Assembly (NCBI GenBank): GCA_963842085.1
Contig: CAWJET010000001.1
Coordinates: forward strand, 2,720,001-2,784,000
Length of the DNA stretch: 64,000 nt
Source: an uncultured delta proteobacterium
Lineage (GTDB): Bacteria > Desulfobacterota > Binatia > Binatales > Binataceae
Direction of reading: 5' to 3'
In this document: in pieces, positions 48,006-60,561 of the stretch
Position numbering within the stretch: the stretch's first letter is position 1
Layout: each line of letters opens with the position of its first letter
Translations under genes and position numbers: made by a program
The notes under the pieces: generated by a model
Told to the model about the DNA's origin: nothing
Database searches by the model: none
The model's input: only the letters and a program-made list of their open reading frames with translations

Positions 48006-48830
48006 ATGCGCACGGTAGTCCTCTATGCGCGCTCGCCGGATTGGCGCGCAGTGGTCGAGCGCGCCGACCAGTTGATGGCGTCGCCGGATTTTCGCGTGCT
48101 CAAGACTGAAGGACGGACGCGCGCGGGATTTCTCGACGTTCCCGGCGCGGGGACCGCGTTTATAAAGCGCGTCGAGGTTCCGTCATGGAGCCGCGGCGTG
48201 TACGCGCGACTTCGGGGATCTCGCGCCAGGCGATCGCTCGCGGGCGCGTTGATGCTCGAGGCGCACGGGATCGCGCATCCGCAGCCGCTGGCGGCGATGG
48301 ATTTGTATCAAGCGGGTGCGATTCGAGCCTCGTATGTCGTCAGCCGCGCGCTCGTCAACGCCGACTCTCTGAGCCGCTTCATGCTCGGGCCGGGAGAAAT
48401 CAAGGGGCGCAACGTGCATCGGCGTAAACAAATCTCCGACGCGGTGGCCGCGCAAATTCGGCGCCTCCACGAGTCCGGGCTTTACACGCGCGATCTGCAA
48501 GAGACCAACATCATGGTCGAGGAAAACGAGGCTGGCGGCTTCAACGTGTACTTCATCGACCTCGAGGATTTCCGCCGCGCCGCCAACGTCTCGTGGGACC
48601 GCAGAGTTACGAACCTGGTGCATCTCGATCGCAGCATCGGGCGATTTCTCTGCCGCGCGGCGCGCCTCGATTTTCTGTACTCCTACCTGGGGCATCGGCC
48701 CGACCGCGCGGCCGCGCGCAGGATGGTTGCCGAAGTCAAGGCGACGCGCGAGTCGATCGATCGCCGCAAGCGCCGCGGCGCGCCGGCTGCCGAGCGGGTC
48801 GTGGCGCCGCTTGCTGGAGGAACAAAGTAG
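48006..48830 (+). CDS. Lipopolysaccharide kinase (Kdo/WaaP/InaA family)
   Basis: LH..G..RDLQETNI, FIDLE. Confidence 0.8.
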   Translation: MRTVVLYARSPDWRAVVERADQLMASPDFRVLKTEGRTRAGFLDVPGAGTAFIKRVEVPSWSRGVYARLRGSRARRSLAGALMLEAHGIAHPQPLAAMDLYQAGAIRASYVVSRALVNADSLSRFMLGPGEIKGRNVHRRKQISDAVAAQIRRLHESGLYTRDLQETNIMVEENEAGGFNVYFIDLEDFRRAANVSWDRRVTNLVHLDRSIGRFLCRAARLDFLYSYLGHRPDRAAARRMVAEVKATRESIDRRKRRGAPAAERVVAPLAGGTK

Positions 48831-49552
48831 TGGCTTTTTCGATCCTCAGCCGCGAGTACGACCATCACACCGAGCAGGTCCACGCCGCCGGCGGAAGCTG
48901 GGTGCGCGACTTGATGCTGGGGCTGAACGACGGATTGGTCGCGTCGTTCGCGGTCACCTCCGGCGTGGCGGGCGCATTCGTGACCGGCAACGCGGCGATG
49001 ATGGCGGGGCTGTCGGAGATGCTCGGCGGCGCGGTCGCGATGGGGCTCGCGGCATTCATCTCGGCGCGCTCGCAGATCGAATTCTACAAGAGCGAGATAG
49101 AACGCGAGCACGACGAAATCCGCCGATGGCCCGAACGCGAGCGCGAAGAGATCAGCACCATCTATCGAAAAAAAGGATTCGCGGGGCCGCTGCTGGATCA
49201 GATTGTCGCGCACATCACTTCAGATCCCCAGCGCTGGAGCAACGTCATGATGCGCGAGGAGCTGGGCTTCAACGAAGAATCGTTCGACAACCCGATCCGC
49301 TCCGCGTTTGCCGTCGGCTTGTCATATCTCACCGGCGCGGCAGTGCCGGTGTGGGCGTATATTTTCTTTGAGCCGGGCCAGGCGCTGAAAGTGTCGGCCA
49401 TCTCGACGGTCGCGGTGCTGTTCGCGGTCGGCGCGCTCAAGACGATCATCACCAGCCGTTCATGGTGGCGCAGCGGACTTGAAAGCATGTTGGTCGGAGT
49501 AGCAGCGGCGGGTGCGACTTACGCCGCGGGCCGCATGTTTGCCGCGCGCTGA
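48830..49552 (+). CDS. VIT1/CCC1 Fe/Mn transporter
   Basis: GLNDGLV, GAVAMG, MMREELG; GTG start overlapping the previous stop. Confidence 0.9.
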   Translation: MAFSILSREYDHHTEQVHAAGGSWVRDLMLGLNDGLVASFAVTSGVAGAFVTGNAAMMAGLSEMLGGAVAMGLAAFISARSQIEFYKSEIEREHDEIRRWPEREREEISTIYRKKGFAGPLLDQIVAHITSDPQRWSNVMMREELGFNEESFDNPIRSAFAVGLSYLTGAAVPVWAYIFFEPGQALKVSAISTVAVLFAVGALKTIITSRSWWRSGLESMLVGVAAAGATYAAGRMFAAR

Positions 49553-49572
49553 GTCTCCGCGCGGTGCGCGCG

Positions 49573-49878
49573 TTACGCTTCGACGAGAATGTCGTCGCCG
49601 TCGGCCTTCACCGCGTAACATCCGAGCTTGACGCTCGGGTCGTCGAGGTTCGCGCCAGTCGTGACGTCGTACTCCCATCCGTGCCACGGGCAGGTGACGG
49701 TGGTGCCGTCGAGCTCGCCCTCGGCGAGCGGGCCGCCGCGATGCTTGCAGGTGTTGTCGATCGCGTAGAATTTCCCGCCCGCGTTGAACAGCGCGATCTG
49801 TTTGCCCGCGGCTTCGACAAGTTTGGCGCTGCCCTCGGGCAGGTCAGCCACCTTTGCAACTTTGATGAAGCTTGCCAT
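49573..49878 (-). CDS. Rieske [2Fe-2S] ferredoxin
   Basis: CKH...CPWHGW. Confidence 0.92.
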   Translation of the reverse strand: MASFIKVAKVADLPEGSAKLVEAAGKQIALFNAGGKFYAIDNTCKHRGGPLAEGELDGTTVTCPWHGWEYDVTTGANLDDPSVKLGCYAVKADGDDILVEA

Positions 49879-49894
49879 CCGGATTTGCCTCCGC

Positions 49895-51091
49895 TCAGGT
49901 CGTATATTCCGCGTTGATTCGCACGTAATCGTAGCTCAGGTCGCAAGTCAGAATAGTGGCGGTTGATTTCCCCAACCGCAGATCGAGGCGCACCGCGAAT
50001 TCGCGCGCCTTCATCGCGGCCCCCGCGCCGGGCAGCGCCTCGGTCAGCAGCCGGCCGTGCGCGGCGACCTTCACTCCGCCGATCGACAGTACCAGCTTGT
50101 CGGACTCGACGTAGGCGCCCGACGAGCCCGCGGCCATCAGTATTCGGCCGACATTCGGATCGCATCCGAAGAACGCCGTCTTGACCAGCGGCGAGTTGGC
50201 GATTTGCCGGGCCGCCCGCTCAGCGTCGGCGGGAGTGCGAGCGCCGCGCACCTCGACGGTGACGAGCTTGGTAGCGCCCTCGCCGTCGCGCACGAGTTCG
50301 CGCGCGAGCGCCGCCGAGATTTCCGCGACCGCGCTATCGAACGCAGCCTGATCGCGCGCGCCGAACGCGCGATTTTCCGCGGCGCCGCTCGCCATGATTA
50401 TCACGGTGTCATTGGTCGACATGTCGCCGTCCACGGTGATCGCGTTGAAGCTCTTGGGCAGCGCGGCCTTGAGCGATTTTTTCAGGAAAGAGGGAGCGAT
50501 CATCGCGTCTGTGACCAGATACCCGAGCATCGTCGCCATCTTCGGCGAGATCATGCCGACGCCCTTCACTGCGCCGGCGAGCGTGATGGTCGAGCCTCCG
50601 GCCGTGAAAGTTGTCGAGGCGGTCTTGGCGCGCGTGTCGGTCGTCATGATCGCGTGCGCGAAGTCGGCGAGCCCGTCTTCGCGCAGCGCTCGTACGGCAT
50701 CGGCGGCGCCGCTTTTGAATTTCGCGAGGTCGTAGAGATGGCCGATCACGCCGGTCGAGGATGGCGCGACGAGTTGCGGCGCGCATCCGAGCAGTCGCGC
50801 TACGTGCGCGCATGAATCGCGCGCGAGCCGCGTTCCCGCTTCGCCGGTGAAACTGTTGGCGCATCCCGAGTTCGCGACCACCGCCTGCAAGCGGCCCGCC
50901 TTGACGCGCTCCGCCGTCACATAGACCGGTGCGGCTTTCACGCGATTGGCGCTGAACACCGCGGCTGCGGCGGCCGGGCGATCGGCTGCGATGATGCCCA
51001 GGTCCAGCGCGCCGGCCGTGGTCTTGAGGCCCGCGCTGACGCCGGCGAATCGAAATCCGCGCACGGCGGCGGGCTCGAGTGCGACTTTCAT
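49895..51091 (-). CDS. argJ: Bifunctional ornithine acetyltransferase / N-acetylglutamate synthase
   Basis: NSGCAN, IMTTD, KGVGMISPKMATML, DGEGATK, INAEYTT. Confidence 0.96.
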   Translation of the reverse strand: MKVALEPAAVRGFRFAGVSAGLKTTAGALDLGIIAADRPAAAAAVFSANRVKAAPVYVTAERVKAGRLQAVVANSGCANSFTGEAGTRLARDSCAHVARLLGCAPQLVAPSSTGVIGHLYDLAKFKSGAADAVRALREDGLADFAHAIMTTDTRAKTASTTFTAGGSTITLAGAVKGVGMISPKMATMLGYLVTDAMIAPSFLKKSLKAALPKSFNAITVDGDMSTNDTVIIMASGAAENRAFGARDQAAFDSAVAEISAALARELVRDGEGATKLVTVEVRGARTPADAERAARQIANSPLVKTAFFGCDPNVGRILMAAGSSGAYVESDKLVLSIGGVKVAAHGRLLTEALPGAGAAMKAREFAVRLDLRLGKSTATILTCDLSYDYVRINAEYTT

Positions 51092-51173
51092 CCGGCAGGA
51101 ATCCTCCGTGCGCCGAACTATACGCGGACCGAGGGTGGGTGCAAATGGAAGACTGCCGGGACCCTTCTCGGCG

Positions 51174-53855
<2,682 letters not shown>

Positions 53856-53976
53856 CTTATCTGAGCGATTTATCCGGCAAGTTTGAAGGTTGTGAGCGCG
53901 CCAAATCGATGCGGCGTACAAAGTTTAGCTGGAAATCATCTTATCGTGAAATCGGAAGATTGGAGAGAGGGGCTTG

Positions 53977-54064
53977 CTAACGTTCGATGCGGACGGCGGA
54001 TTCGACTTGCGGGCCGAGAAATCTGCGGCCGACGCGGACGAAGCGGTCCGGCGTCTCGGTGACG
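53977..54064 (-). repeat. Orphan copy of the murI 3' end (direct repeat of 54698-54785)
   Basis: 82 of 88 nt identical; 69-nt exact block 53996-54064 = 54717-54785; encodes the same last 28 aa and stop. Confidence 0.95.
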
Positions 54065-54071
54065 CGAAATA

Positions 54072-54329
54072 TCACGCGCGTTTCCGCTGCACCGCGTCTT
54101 CCAGCGCCTGCCGGATGAAGCGCTGATAGGGAACTCCTGCCCTGGCCGCGGAGGCTCTCACTGCGTCGAGCAGCAGCCGTGGCAGGCGCATGTTCACCCG
54201 CTCGCTCTTGGGCTGAAACTCGAAACGGATTGGCCGCATGCCGGACAGATCGTATTCAGTCAGGTCGGCCTTCTCGACAAACTCCTCGGCGCTTTTATCG
54301 CTTTTGAAGCGTGGCAGTTTCTTTTTCAT
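54072..54329 (-). CDS. BrnA/CopG-type antitoxin
   Basis: KLPRFKSD..AEEF...DL, VNMRLP...GVPYQRFIR. Confidence 0.88.
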   Translation of the reverse strand: MKKKLPRFKSDKSAEEFVEKADLTEYDLSGMRPIRFEFQPKSERVNMRLPRLLLDAVRASAARAGVPYQRFIRQALEDAVQRKRA

Positions 54330-54603
54330 AGTGCTCTACCTCCTTATTGTGCATGAAGCGCGCGCTGATTGGTCGCACGAGTCGCTTGCCCCGTCGCGTC
54401 CGCAGAGCGAACACGAGGAAGATCCAGCGATCGTCGTTGCTCTTGCCAATTGCCTTGAACCGTTCCTCGGACTTCGAGTGGAGAGGGTCGGGCAGCACGG
54501 CGATTGAGCCGCGGAAGACGGACTCGATCGCGGCCTGAGAGACGCCGTGCTTTTGGCACTTGGACCGGTTGCCATCGTCCCAATCAAAGCCGGCTATCTC
54601 CAT
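54295..54603 (-). CDS. BrnT family ribonuclease toxin
   Basis: GFDWDDGN..K..KHGVS, HSKSEERF.AIG, RPISAR.M. Confidence 0.92.
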   Translation of the reverse strand: MEIAGFDWDDGNRSKCQKHGVSQAAIESVFRGSIAVLPDPLHSKSEERFKAIGKSNDDRWIFLVFALRTRRGKRLVRPISARFMHNKEVEHYEKETATLQKR

Positions 54604-54697
54604 CGGAGCGCTAACCAAAAGGCGTAATTAAGTATGGACCGTTGTACAGCCATTCGTCAACCGTGAACCGTGCGTACGATTCGTCGACGATCGCTAT

Positions 54698-55564
54698 CTA
54701 GCGCTCGATCCTCACCGCGGATTCGACTTGCGGGCCGAGAAATCTGCGGCCGACGCGGACGAAGCGGTCCGGCGTCTCGGTGACGAAGAAACTCTGGCTG
54801 CCATCGCCGCCGCGCCGAGCGAGCTTGAGCGTCCGCAGCCGTTCGCGCACTTCGGCTGCGGTCGCCGTCGCCGAGTCCACGATCTTCACGCGGGGCCCAA
54901 GGATTAGCGCGAACATATCGCGCAGCAGCGGGTAGTGCGTGCATCCCAATAGTAACGTGTCGATGCCGCTCTGCTTGAGACTCTCCAGGTAGTGGGCGAC
55001 GGTCAGTTCCGCGACCGCATTGTCGGTCCATCCTTCTTCGGCCAGCGGCACCAGCAGCGGGCATGCGCGCGTGTAGATTTCGGCGCGTGCGCTGAGCCGC
55101 TGGATCGCGCGGGTGTAGGCGCCTGACGCGATCGTCGCCTCGGTGCCGATCACGCCGATCTTGCCGATGCGCGAGGCCCGGGCCGCCGCGCGTGCGCCCG
55201 GCTCGATCACACCGATAACCGGGACCATCGTGTCAGAGGCGATCGCGTCGAGCGCGACTGCGCTGGAGGTGTTGCAGGCGACCACCAGCATTTTGATTCC
55301 CTTGGCGAGCAGGAATCCGGTGTTCTCTTTCGAGTAACGGACGATGACCTCGTTGGATTTCGTGCCGTACGGCAGGCGCGCCGTGTCGCCGAGGTAGATG
55401 AAGTCTTCGTTGGGCAGGGCCGCGGTCAGCGCTTTCAGGACCGTGAGTCCGCCGATGCCCGAATCGAACACGCCGATCGGCCGGTCGATTGCCGCGCGTG
55501 CGCCGCGCAGAAGTCCGTTCGAAGCGGCGATCGAATTTGATCGAGTTTTTCTGCGCGTAGGCAT
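54698..55564 (-). CDS. murI: Glutamate racemase
   Basis: GVFDSGIGGLTV, PYG.K, VACNT, LGCTHYP. Confidence 0.97.
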   Translation of the reverse strand: MPTRRKTRSNSIAASNGLLRGARAAIDRPIGVFDSGIGGLTVLKALTAALPNEDFIYLGDTARLPYGTKSNEVIVRYSKENTGFLLAKGIKMLVVACNTSSAVALDAIASDTMVPVIGVIEPGARAAARASRIGKIGVIGTEATIASGAYTRAIQRLSARAEIYTRACPLLVPLAEEGWTDNAVAELTVAHYLESLKQSGIDTLLLGCTHYPLLRDMFALILGPRVKIVDSATATAAEVRERLRTLKLARRGGDGSQSFFVTETPDRFVRVGRRFLGPQVESAVRIER

Positions 55565-55576
55565 CTTATCCGCGCG

Positions 55577-56665
55577 CTAGCGCTGGCCGATTGTAGCCGC
55601 TCGCGCTGGCTCTGCGCCAAAGACGTGTTGGTGGACGCTGGCCGGTTCCATGCACAGGTAGGCGGGAATTTCCGCGCCGGCTTTTTTGAAACGATCCGCA
55701 AGCGTGCGGTAAAGACTTAAGCGCAGCGGAGTAAAGGCCCGAAAACGGCCGTCGGCGGCGAGTACGTCCTCGCCGCATAGCATCGGATCGTCGGGGAAAC
55801 GGCCGCGCGCGATGCCGCGCAATCGCGGCGTCATCCGGAGCCCGCCCATGCTGATGAACGAGATCTGTTTCGCCGGAATAATGTCGAGCAGCTCGTCGAT
55901 CAAGCGCAAATAGTCGCGCTCCGCCCCGGGATAGGCGATCAGCGGATCAAAATGGAACGCGACGCGGTAGCCGGCGTCGAGCACGGCGCGCGCCGCCGCG
56001 ATTCGCGCAGAGGGCGCGGCGGTAAGATGCTCCGAGCTGCGGTATACGGCGTCGGGCGACAAGGTCCACGAGACAAGCACGCGGCCGCGCGGGTCCATGC
56101 TGAGAAGATTTTCGATTTCGTCGGTCTTGGTCTTGAGCTCGAGCGTGAGATTTTCGCGGGCGGCAAAGAAATCGATCAGATCCCGGCTGACCGAGGTAAT
56201 CGAGTCGAACGCGAGCGAATCCGCCAGCTCGCCGGTGCCGACGCGGAAGCTGCGCCCACGCGCGTTGTGGCAGAGCCGGTCGAGCTCGTCGAACGAGTCG
56301 GCGAAATTCGCATAAACCTGGAAGGCGGGATTGTCCGCGAGATATTCCTGCAGAAAGCAGTACGTGCAATCCATCGGGCAGTTAGACGCCAGCGTGAGCA
56401 CCAGGTATCCGCAGCAGGCGAATTTCGAGGAACCCGCCGGACACGGCATCAGGAACGGGGTCTTGCGGCGCGCGATCACGAGGCGGCGCTTGCCTGCCCC
56501 GAACGGATCGGGCACGCCGGATGCGGGCCGGGCGGCCTCTCGCGTGTCGTTGTCGGCGAGATGCGTCACGGGCACCTCGCGCGGAAGCGCGCGCAGGATG
56601 CGAGTCGCCAGCGTGGAGTTGGCGCATCCGTGTTCGACGAAAACGGCGTCGAGATCGAATTTCAT
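55577..56665 (-). CDS. Spore photoproduct lyase-like radical SAM protein
   Basis: NCPMDCTYCFLQ, GTGELADSL, ELKTK, HFDP, YLCME. Confidence 0.85.
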   Translation of the reverse strand: MKFDLDAVFVEHGCANSTLATRILRALPREVPVTHLADNDTREAARPASGVPDPFGAGKRRLVIARRKTPFLMPCPAGSSKFACCGYLVLTLASNCPMDCTYCFLQEYLADNPAFQVYANFADSFDELDRLCHNARGRSFRVGTGELADSLAFDSITSVSRDLIDFFAARENLTLELKTKTDEIENLLSMDPRGRVLVSWTLSPDAVYRSSEHLTAAPSARIAAARAVLDAGYRVAFHFDPLIAYPGAERDYLRLIDELLDIIPAKQISFISMGGLRMTPRLRGIARGRFPDDPMLCGEDVLAADGRFRAFTPLRLSLYRTLADRFKKAGAEIPAYLCMEPASVHQHVFGAEPARAATIGQR

Positions 56666-56692
56666 TTTTTCACTCTTTTATTCTTTCACGCT

Positions 56693-57229
56693 TCACTTCT
56701 TACCGCCCAGCATTCCAATAATCCGCGTCAATCCCGGGCGCGAGCGATCGAGTGCGTCGAGCAGATGCGCCAGTTCGGCGCTGCTTCGCACCCGAAGCGA
56801 AACCGTGAGCTCATCAGAGCCAAGCTCTTTGGGCAAGTCCAGCGAAATCCCGCGCGGTAGCTTCAGCGCGGAAATCTCAGAGCGCAACTGCTCCTGCATT
56901 TTTTTTAAGAGAGGGTAGCGAAGCGTTCGCAGCGCCTCCAGGAGTGCGCTGGCACGCGACGGGGCGGAACCGGGGCCGCCAGCAATACGCCGGATTTCGG
57001 GGCGGTCGAGAACGGCGGCTACTGTGACATGCTCGCGCACGGCGATTTCCTCGAGTGTGTCGAGGGCCGTTACCAATTGACCGGTGCGCAGACGCAGTAC
57101 GCGCGCGATATGGAGCAGCGCGCCGCGCGATGAGATATCCATCGCGAGCCATCGCGCAAGATGGCTCGGCGGCAGCCGCCGCCCGGCAGCGAGCATCCGA
57201 ATCTGTGCGTCGACCTCGTCAGCATTCAT
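56693..57229 (-). CDS. Hypothetical helical protein
   Basis: In operon between GT2 and the SPL-like gene; LR.LRYP motif. Confidence 0.65.
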   Translation of the reverse strand: MNADEVDAQIRMLAAGRRLPPSHLARWLAMDISSRGALLHIARVLRLRTGQLVTALDTLEEIAVREHVTVAAVLDRPEIRRIAGGPGSAPSRASALLEALRTLRYPLLKKMQEQLRSEISALKLPRGISLDLPKELGSDELTVSLRVRSSAELAHLLDALDRSRPGLTRIIGMLGGKK

Positions 57230-58127
57230 GTGAAATTTCGCGAAGCATGGAGCGCATCGACTCGATCGCGCATCCGATTTCAGGAACAGCGCCAGTGTCC
57301 CAGCCGCGCGCACGATCGGCGACCCATTCGTACCGCCGAGCTTCTTTGATTCTGCCTCGTCGCACGAGGCCGCCCGCGTAGATGCGGCACTTCTCGGCGA
57401 GCACTTCGACGACCGCAGTTCGGCGCGCCGGCGAAAGCCGATCGTCCGCGAGCAATTTCGTTAGCGCGAGGATGCGGAAGCGATCGAGCGCGGGAGTCGT
57501 CGCCGAGGTTTGATCGTGATGCCCGCCGCGGCGCGTCACCAGCGGCTCGTCGAGCAGGTAGGCTTCGTGGTCGATTAGAATTCGCAGCCACAAGTCGTAG
57601 TCCTCGGCGGCGGTCATGATCTCGTCGAAGCCGCCGAGCGAGCGGAACAGCTCGGTGCGCATCATCACCGACGACATGCTGATCAGGCAGGTGCGGAGCG
57701 AGTCGATGAAAATATCGCCGGCGCGCTTGCGATGGCGCAATCCGGGATTCACGCGGCGTCCGTTGCGGATCCAGATTTCGTTGGTTTGCGAGATCGCGCA
57801 GCCGGGATTCGCGCGCATGAACGCGAACTGGCGTTCGAGCTTGGTCGGCGACCAGAGATCGTCGGAATCGAGGAACGCAATCAGCGGCCCGCGCGCAATT
57901 GCGACGCCACGGTTTCGCGCCGCCGCAGGACCGCGATGCTCGATGCGCTCGATCCGGATCGTTTTGTCGAAGCGCGTCAGTTGCTCGGCCGTTCCATCGG
58001 TCGAGCCGTCGTCGACGACGATCAACTCGAACGCGCGGGACGTCTGCGCGAGCACGGAGTCGATCGCCTCGCGCAGCATCGCGCATCGATTATACGTCGG
58101 GATGATTACTGAGACTTCGGGAGTCAT
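57219..58127 (-). CDS. Glycosyltransferase family 2
   Basis: VSVIIPTYNR, VVDDGSTD, FLDSDD, EDYDLWLR. Confidence 0.92.
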   Translation of the reverse strand: MTPEVSVIIPTYNRCAMLREAIDSVLAQTSRAFELIVVDDGSTDGTAEQLTRFDKTIRIERIEHRGPAAARNRGVAIARGPLIAFLDSDDLWSPTKLERQFAFMRANPGCAISQTNEIWIRNGRRVNPGLRHRKRAGDIFIDSLRTCLISMSSVMMRTELFRSLGGFDEIMTAAEDYDLWLRILIDHEAYLLDEPLVTRRGGHHDQTSATTPALDRFRILALTKLLADDRLSPARRTAVVEVLAEKCRIYAGGLVRRGRIKEARRYEWVADRARGWDTGAVPEIGCAIESMRSMLREISHEC

Positions 58128-58723
58128 CGCGCCTCCGCGCGTTTGACGTGGTCGGCGTGATCGACAGCAAGGATTCGCCGGCGCAGCTCGTCGATTCCCT
58201 CGCCGGAAGTTGCCGAGGATAAAATCGGCGCCACGCGCATCGCGTCGAAGCGTTTGAGCGCGGCAGCGCGCTCCGAGCGGCGCAACTTGTCGCACTTGGT
58301 CGCGACCGGAATCACTTCGATGTCGCGCTCCATAGCCATCGCCGCCAGCTCTAGTTCGTCGTGGTGAGGCCCGCGGCGGCAATCGATCAGAATCGCGATA
58401 GCGGCAAGATTGACGCGCTCGTGGATGTATTCGTGCATCATCGACGCGATTTTCGCGGCGTCCTCGTGACTCATTTTCGCGTAGCCGAAACCCGGGAGAT
58501 CGCACAGCGCGAGCGTGTCGCCGACCGCGAAGAAGTTGAGGCATCGCGTGCGGCCCGGAGTTTTGCTCGTGCGCGCGAGACCCTTAACTCCGGCGAGCGC
58601 GTTGAGCAACGAGCTCTTGCCGACGTTGGAGCGGCCAGCGAGCGCGACCTCCGCCCGTTTCCATCGCGGGCATCCGTCGAGCGCGAATGCGGACGTTACG
58701 AACTCTGCCGTGAAGCGAATCAT
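58124..58723 (-). CDS. engB: Ribosome biogenesis GTPase YihA/YsxC
   Basis: GRSNVGKSS, SKTPGRT, DLPGFGYA, TKCD. Confidence 0.95.
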   Translation of the reverse strand: MIRFTAEFVTSAFALDGCPRWKRAEVALAGRSNVGKSSLLNALAGVKGLARTSKTPGRTRCLNFFAVGDTLALCDLPGFGYAKMSHEDAAKIASMMHEYIHERVNLAAIAILIDCRRGPHHDELELAAMAMERDIEVIPVATKCDKLRRSERAAALKRFDAMRVAPILSSATSGEGIDELRRRILAVDHADHVKRAEAR

Positions 58724-58736
58724 GTCGAGCGGCGGT

Positions 58737-59093
58737 TCAGCCGGCGAGCTCGATACGCGGCGAGACGACCGTGGTCGCCTGAGAATCGAGACGCGCCAGT
58801 TCTGCCGTGAGTGCGCTGCGAAACTCGCGCAACTTGATGCCGCGATGGCGGTCGGGATAGCGCGCGAGGAATTTCAGCGCGGCGCGCAGATGCAATCGAG
58901 CGCTGGACAGTTCGCCGTCGCGAAGCTTGTGATTGGCGACCGACGCGCGCAACAGGCCGAGGCAGAAATCCCAATCGCCGGTATCATCATTGAGCAGGTT
59001 CATCGCATCTTCCATCGCTTCATGCGCTTCGAAAAACTCGCCGCGATTGAACAGCTCGACGCCGAGGGCGAGCTGCGCGTCAATTTCGTTCAT
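58737..59093 (-). CDS. DUF309 family protein
   Basis: LFNRGEFFEAHE..E...GL. Confidence 0.85.
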   Translation of the reverse strand: MNEIDAQLALGVELFNRGEFFEAHEAMEDAMNLLNDDTGDWDFCLGLLRASVANHKLRDGELSSARLHLRAALKFLARYPDRHRGIKLREFRSALTAELARLDSQATTVVSPRIELAG

Positions 59094-59125
59094 GCTGATG
59101 CTCGCGCCGCAACTGCCGCCGCCGC

Positions 59126-59722
59126 TCAAGGCTCGTCGTCGCTGTCGGCCTGGTCGGCGGTCTTGATGTTGAGCGCGCTCTTCAAGCTTTCGAGCTGTGC
59201 GACAAAAATGCTGCGAATGACCTGCTTGATGATGCCGTCGGGGACGGGAATCGACTGCAGCATATGGGTGGTCTGGTGGTAGTCGATAAACGTGCTCGCG
59301 CCTTCATCGCTGAGCTGGTACGCGGCCTGAGTATCGAGCATCGGATTGTTGACCGTGTGATAGACGATCTTCTTGTCGTCGGGCAGGTACTCGAACGCGA
59401 GCTCGGTGGTGATCGTTTGTCCGCCTGGTCCCGCGATATCCATGTCGACGGTCTTTTCATTTCCGCTCTGGGACACGACGCGCACCGACTTGACCTGGGC
59501 GTTGTGCGTGTTTTCGACATTGCGAATCGTGTCGAACACAGTTTGCTCCGGCGCCGGAATGCGCGCGGTGAAATCGGCCTTCCACACATCGCCGTCGTGC
59601 GTGATGTTCTCCGTCAGCAGGCCGGCCTGCCGCGCACGACGCAACTGATAGTAGTGCCATCCGACGATCGCAACGACCGCGATGACGATCACTCCAGCCA
59701 GGATTCTGACAACCGTCTTCAT
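59126..59722 (-). CDS. Membrane-anchored SRPBCC/START-like protein
   Basis: N-terminal TM; IPAPEQTVFD.I..VE helix-grip pattern. Confidence 0.6.
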   Translation of the reverse strand: MKTVVRILAGVIVIAVVAIVGWHYYQLRRARQAGLLTENITHDGDVWKADFTARIPAPEQTVFDTIRNVENTHNAQVKSVRVVSQSGNEKTVDMDIAGPGGQTITTELAFEYLPDDKKIVYHTVNNPMLDTQAAYQLSDEGASTFIDYHQTTHMLQSIPVPDGIIKQVIRSIFVAQLESLKSALNIKTADQADSDDEP

Positions 59723-59740
59723 CGATGAACCGTTTTCACC

Positions 59741-60271
59741 TTATCGTTGGAACGTGCCGACCAATTCCGCGGTGGCGATCACGTGACCCTTCATCGCGGA
59801 CCGCACGGCGTCAGCGTCGGCATTGTCACCGGGAGTCAGCATCGAGTCGAGCGCGTAGAGATGAAAATGATAGTGATGCGTCTTCCCCGGCGGCGGACAC
59901 GGTCCATTGTAGCCGATATGATCGAAGGCGTTGATTCCGTTTTTTCCGCCACCTGCGATTTCCTCGGTTTGTGGCAAGCCTGAGGGCAGCGAAGTTACCT
60001 GAGGCGGAATATTGTACGCTACCCAATGAATAAATGTTCCACCGGGTGCGTCGGGATCATCAACGACGAGAGCAAACGATTTCGTCGATTGCGGCGGGTT
60101 GCTCCATTGGAGCGCGGGAGAACGATCGGCGCCGGTGCAAGTGAAATCATCGGCAATTGTGGCTCCGGGAGCGAACGACGGACTGGTCAGGGTTAATTGG
60201 GCTTGGGCCGGACGGGCATAAAGGACTAAAATACAGCTTAGCGCAATTGAAATTCGGTGGAGATTTGGCAT
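59741..60271 (-). CDS. YbhB/YbcL (PEBP) family protein, exported
   Basis: SPALQW, DDPDAP..FIHW, GY.GPCPP, HHYHF. Confidence 0.92.
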   Translation of the reverse strand: MPNLHRISIALSCILVLYARPAQAQLTLTSPSFAPGATIADDFTCTGADRSPALQWSNPPQSTKSFALVVDDPDAPGGTFIHWVAYNIPPQVTSLPSGLPQTEEIAGGGKNGINAFDHIGYNGPCPPPGKTHHYHFHLYALDSMLTPGDNADADAVRSAMKGHVIATAELVGTFQR

Positions 60272-60561
60272 ACTTATGATCATTTCAAGGCTCACAGGCG
60301 CTGTTTAGAGCTTTGACGTGCATTTTGTATCGAAATCTCTGCTAAATTGAGTGACTTCGGACATAATCAAATCGTAAAAAATGGCGGAAAGTATCAGGAA
60401 TCCTCTTAGGTTGCTCTTGACCTTCGGCGACGATTTTGAGACCTTCAAAGAGACTCATGGTGGGCGTAAGGGGCGGATGTACCATCATTTGAACGATGCG
60501 AAAAAAGGCATCAAATCCAGGGAGTAGGCGGCAGACGGGACTTACGTTACCGGGAGATATC

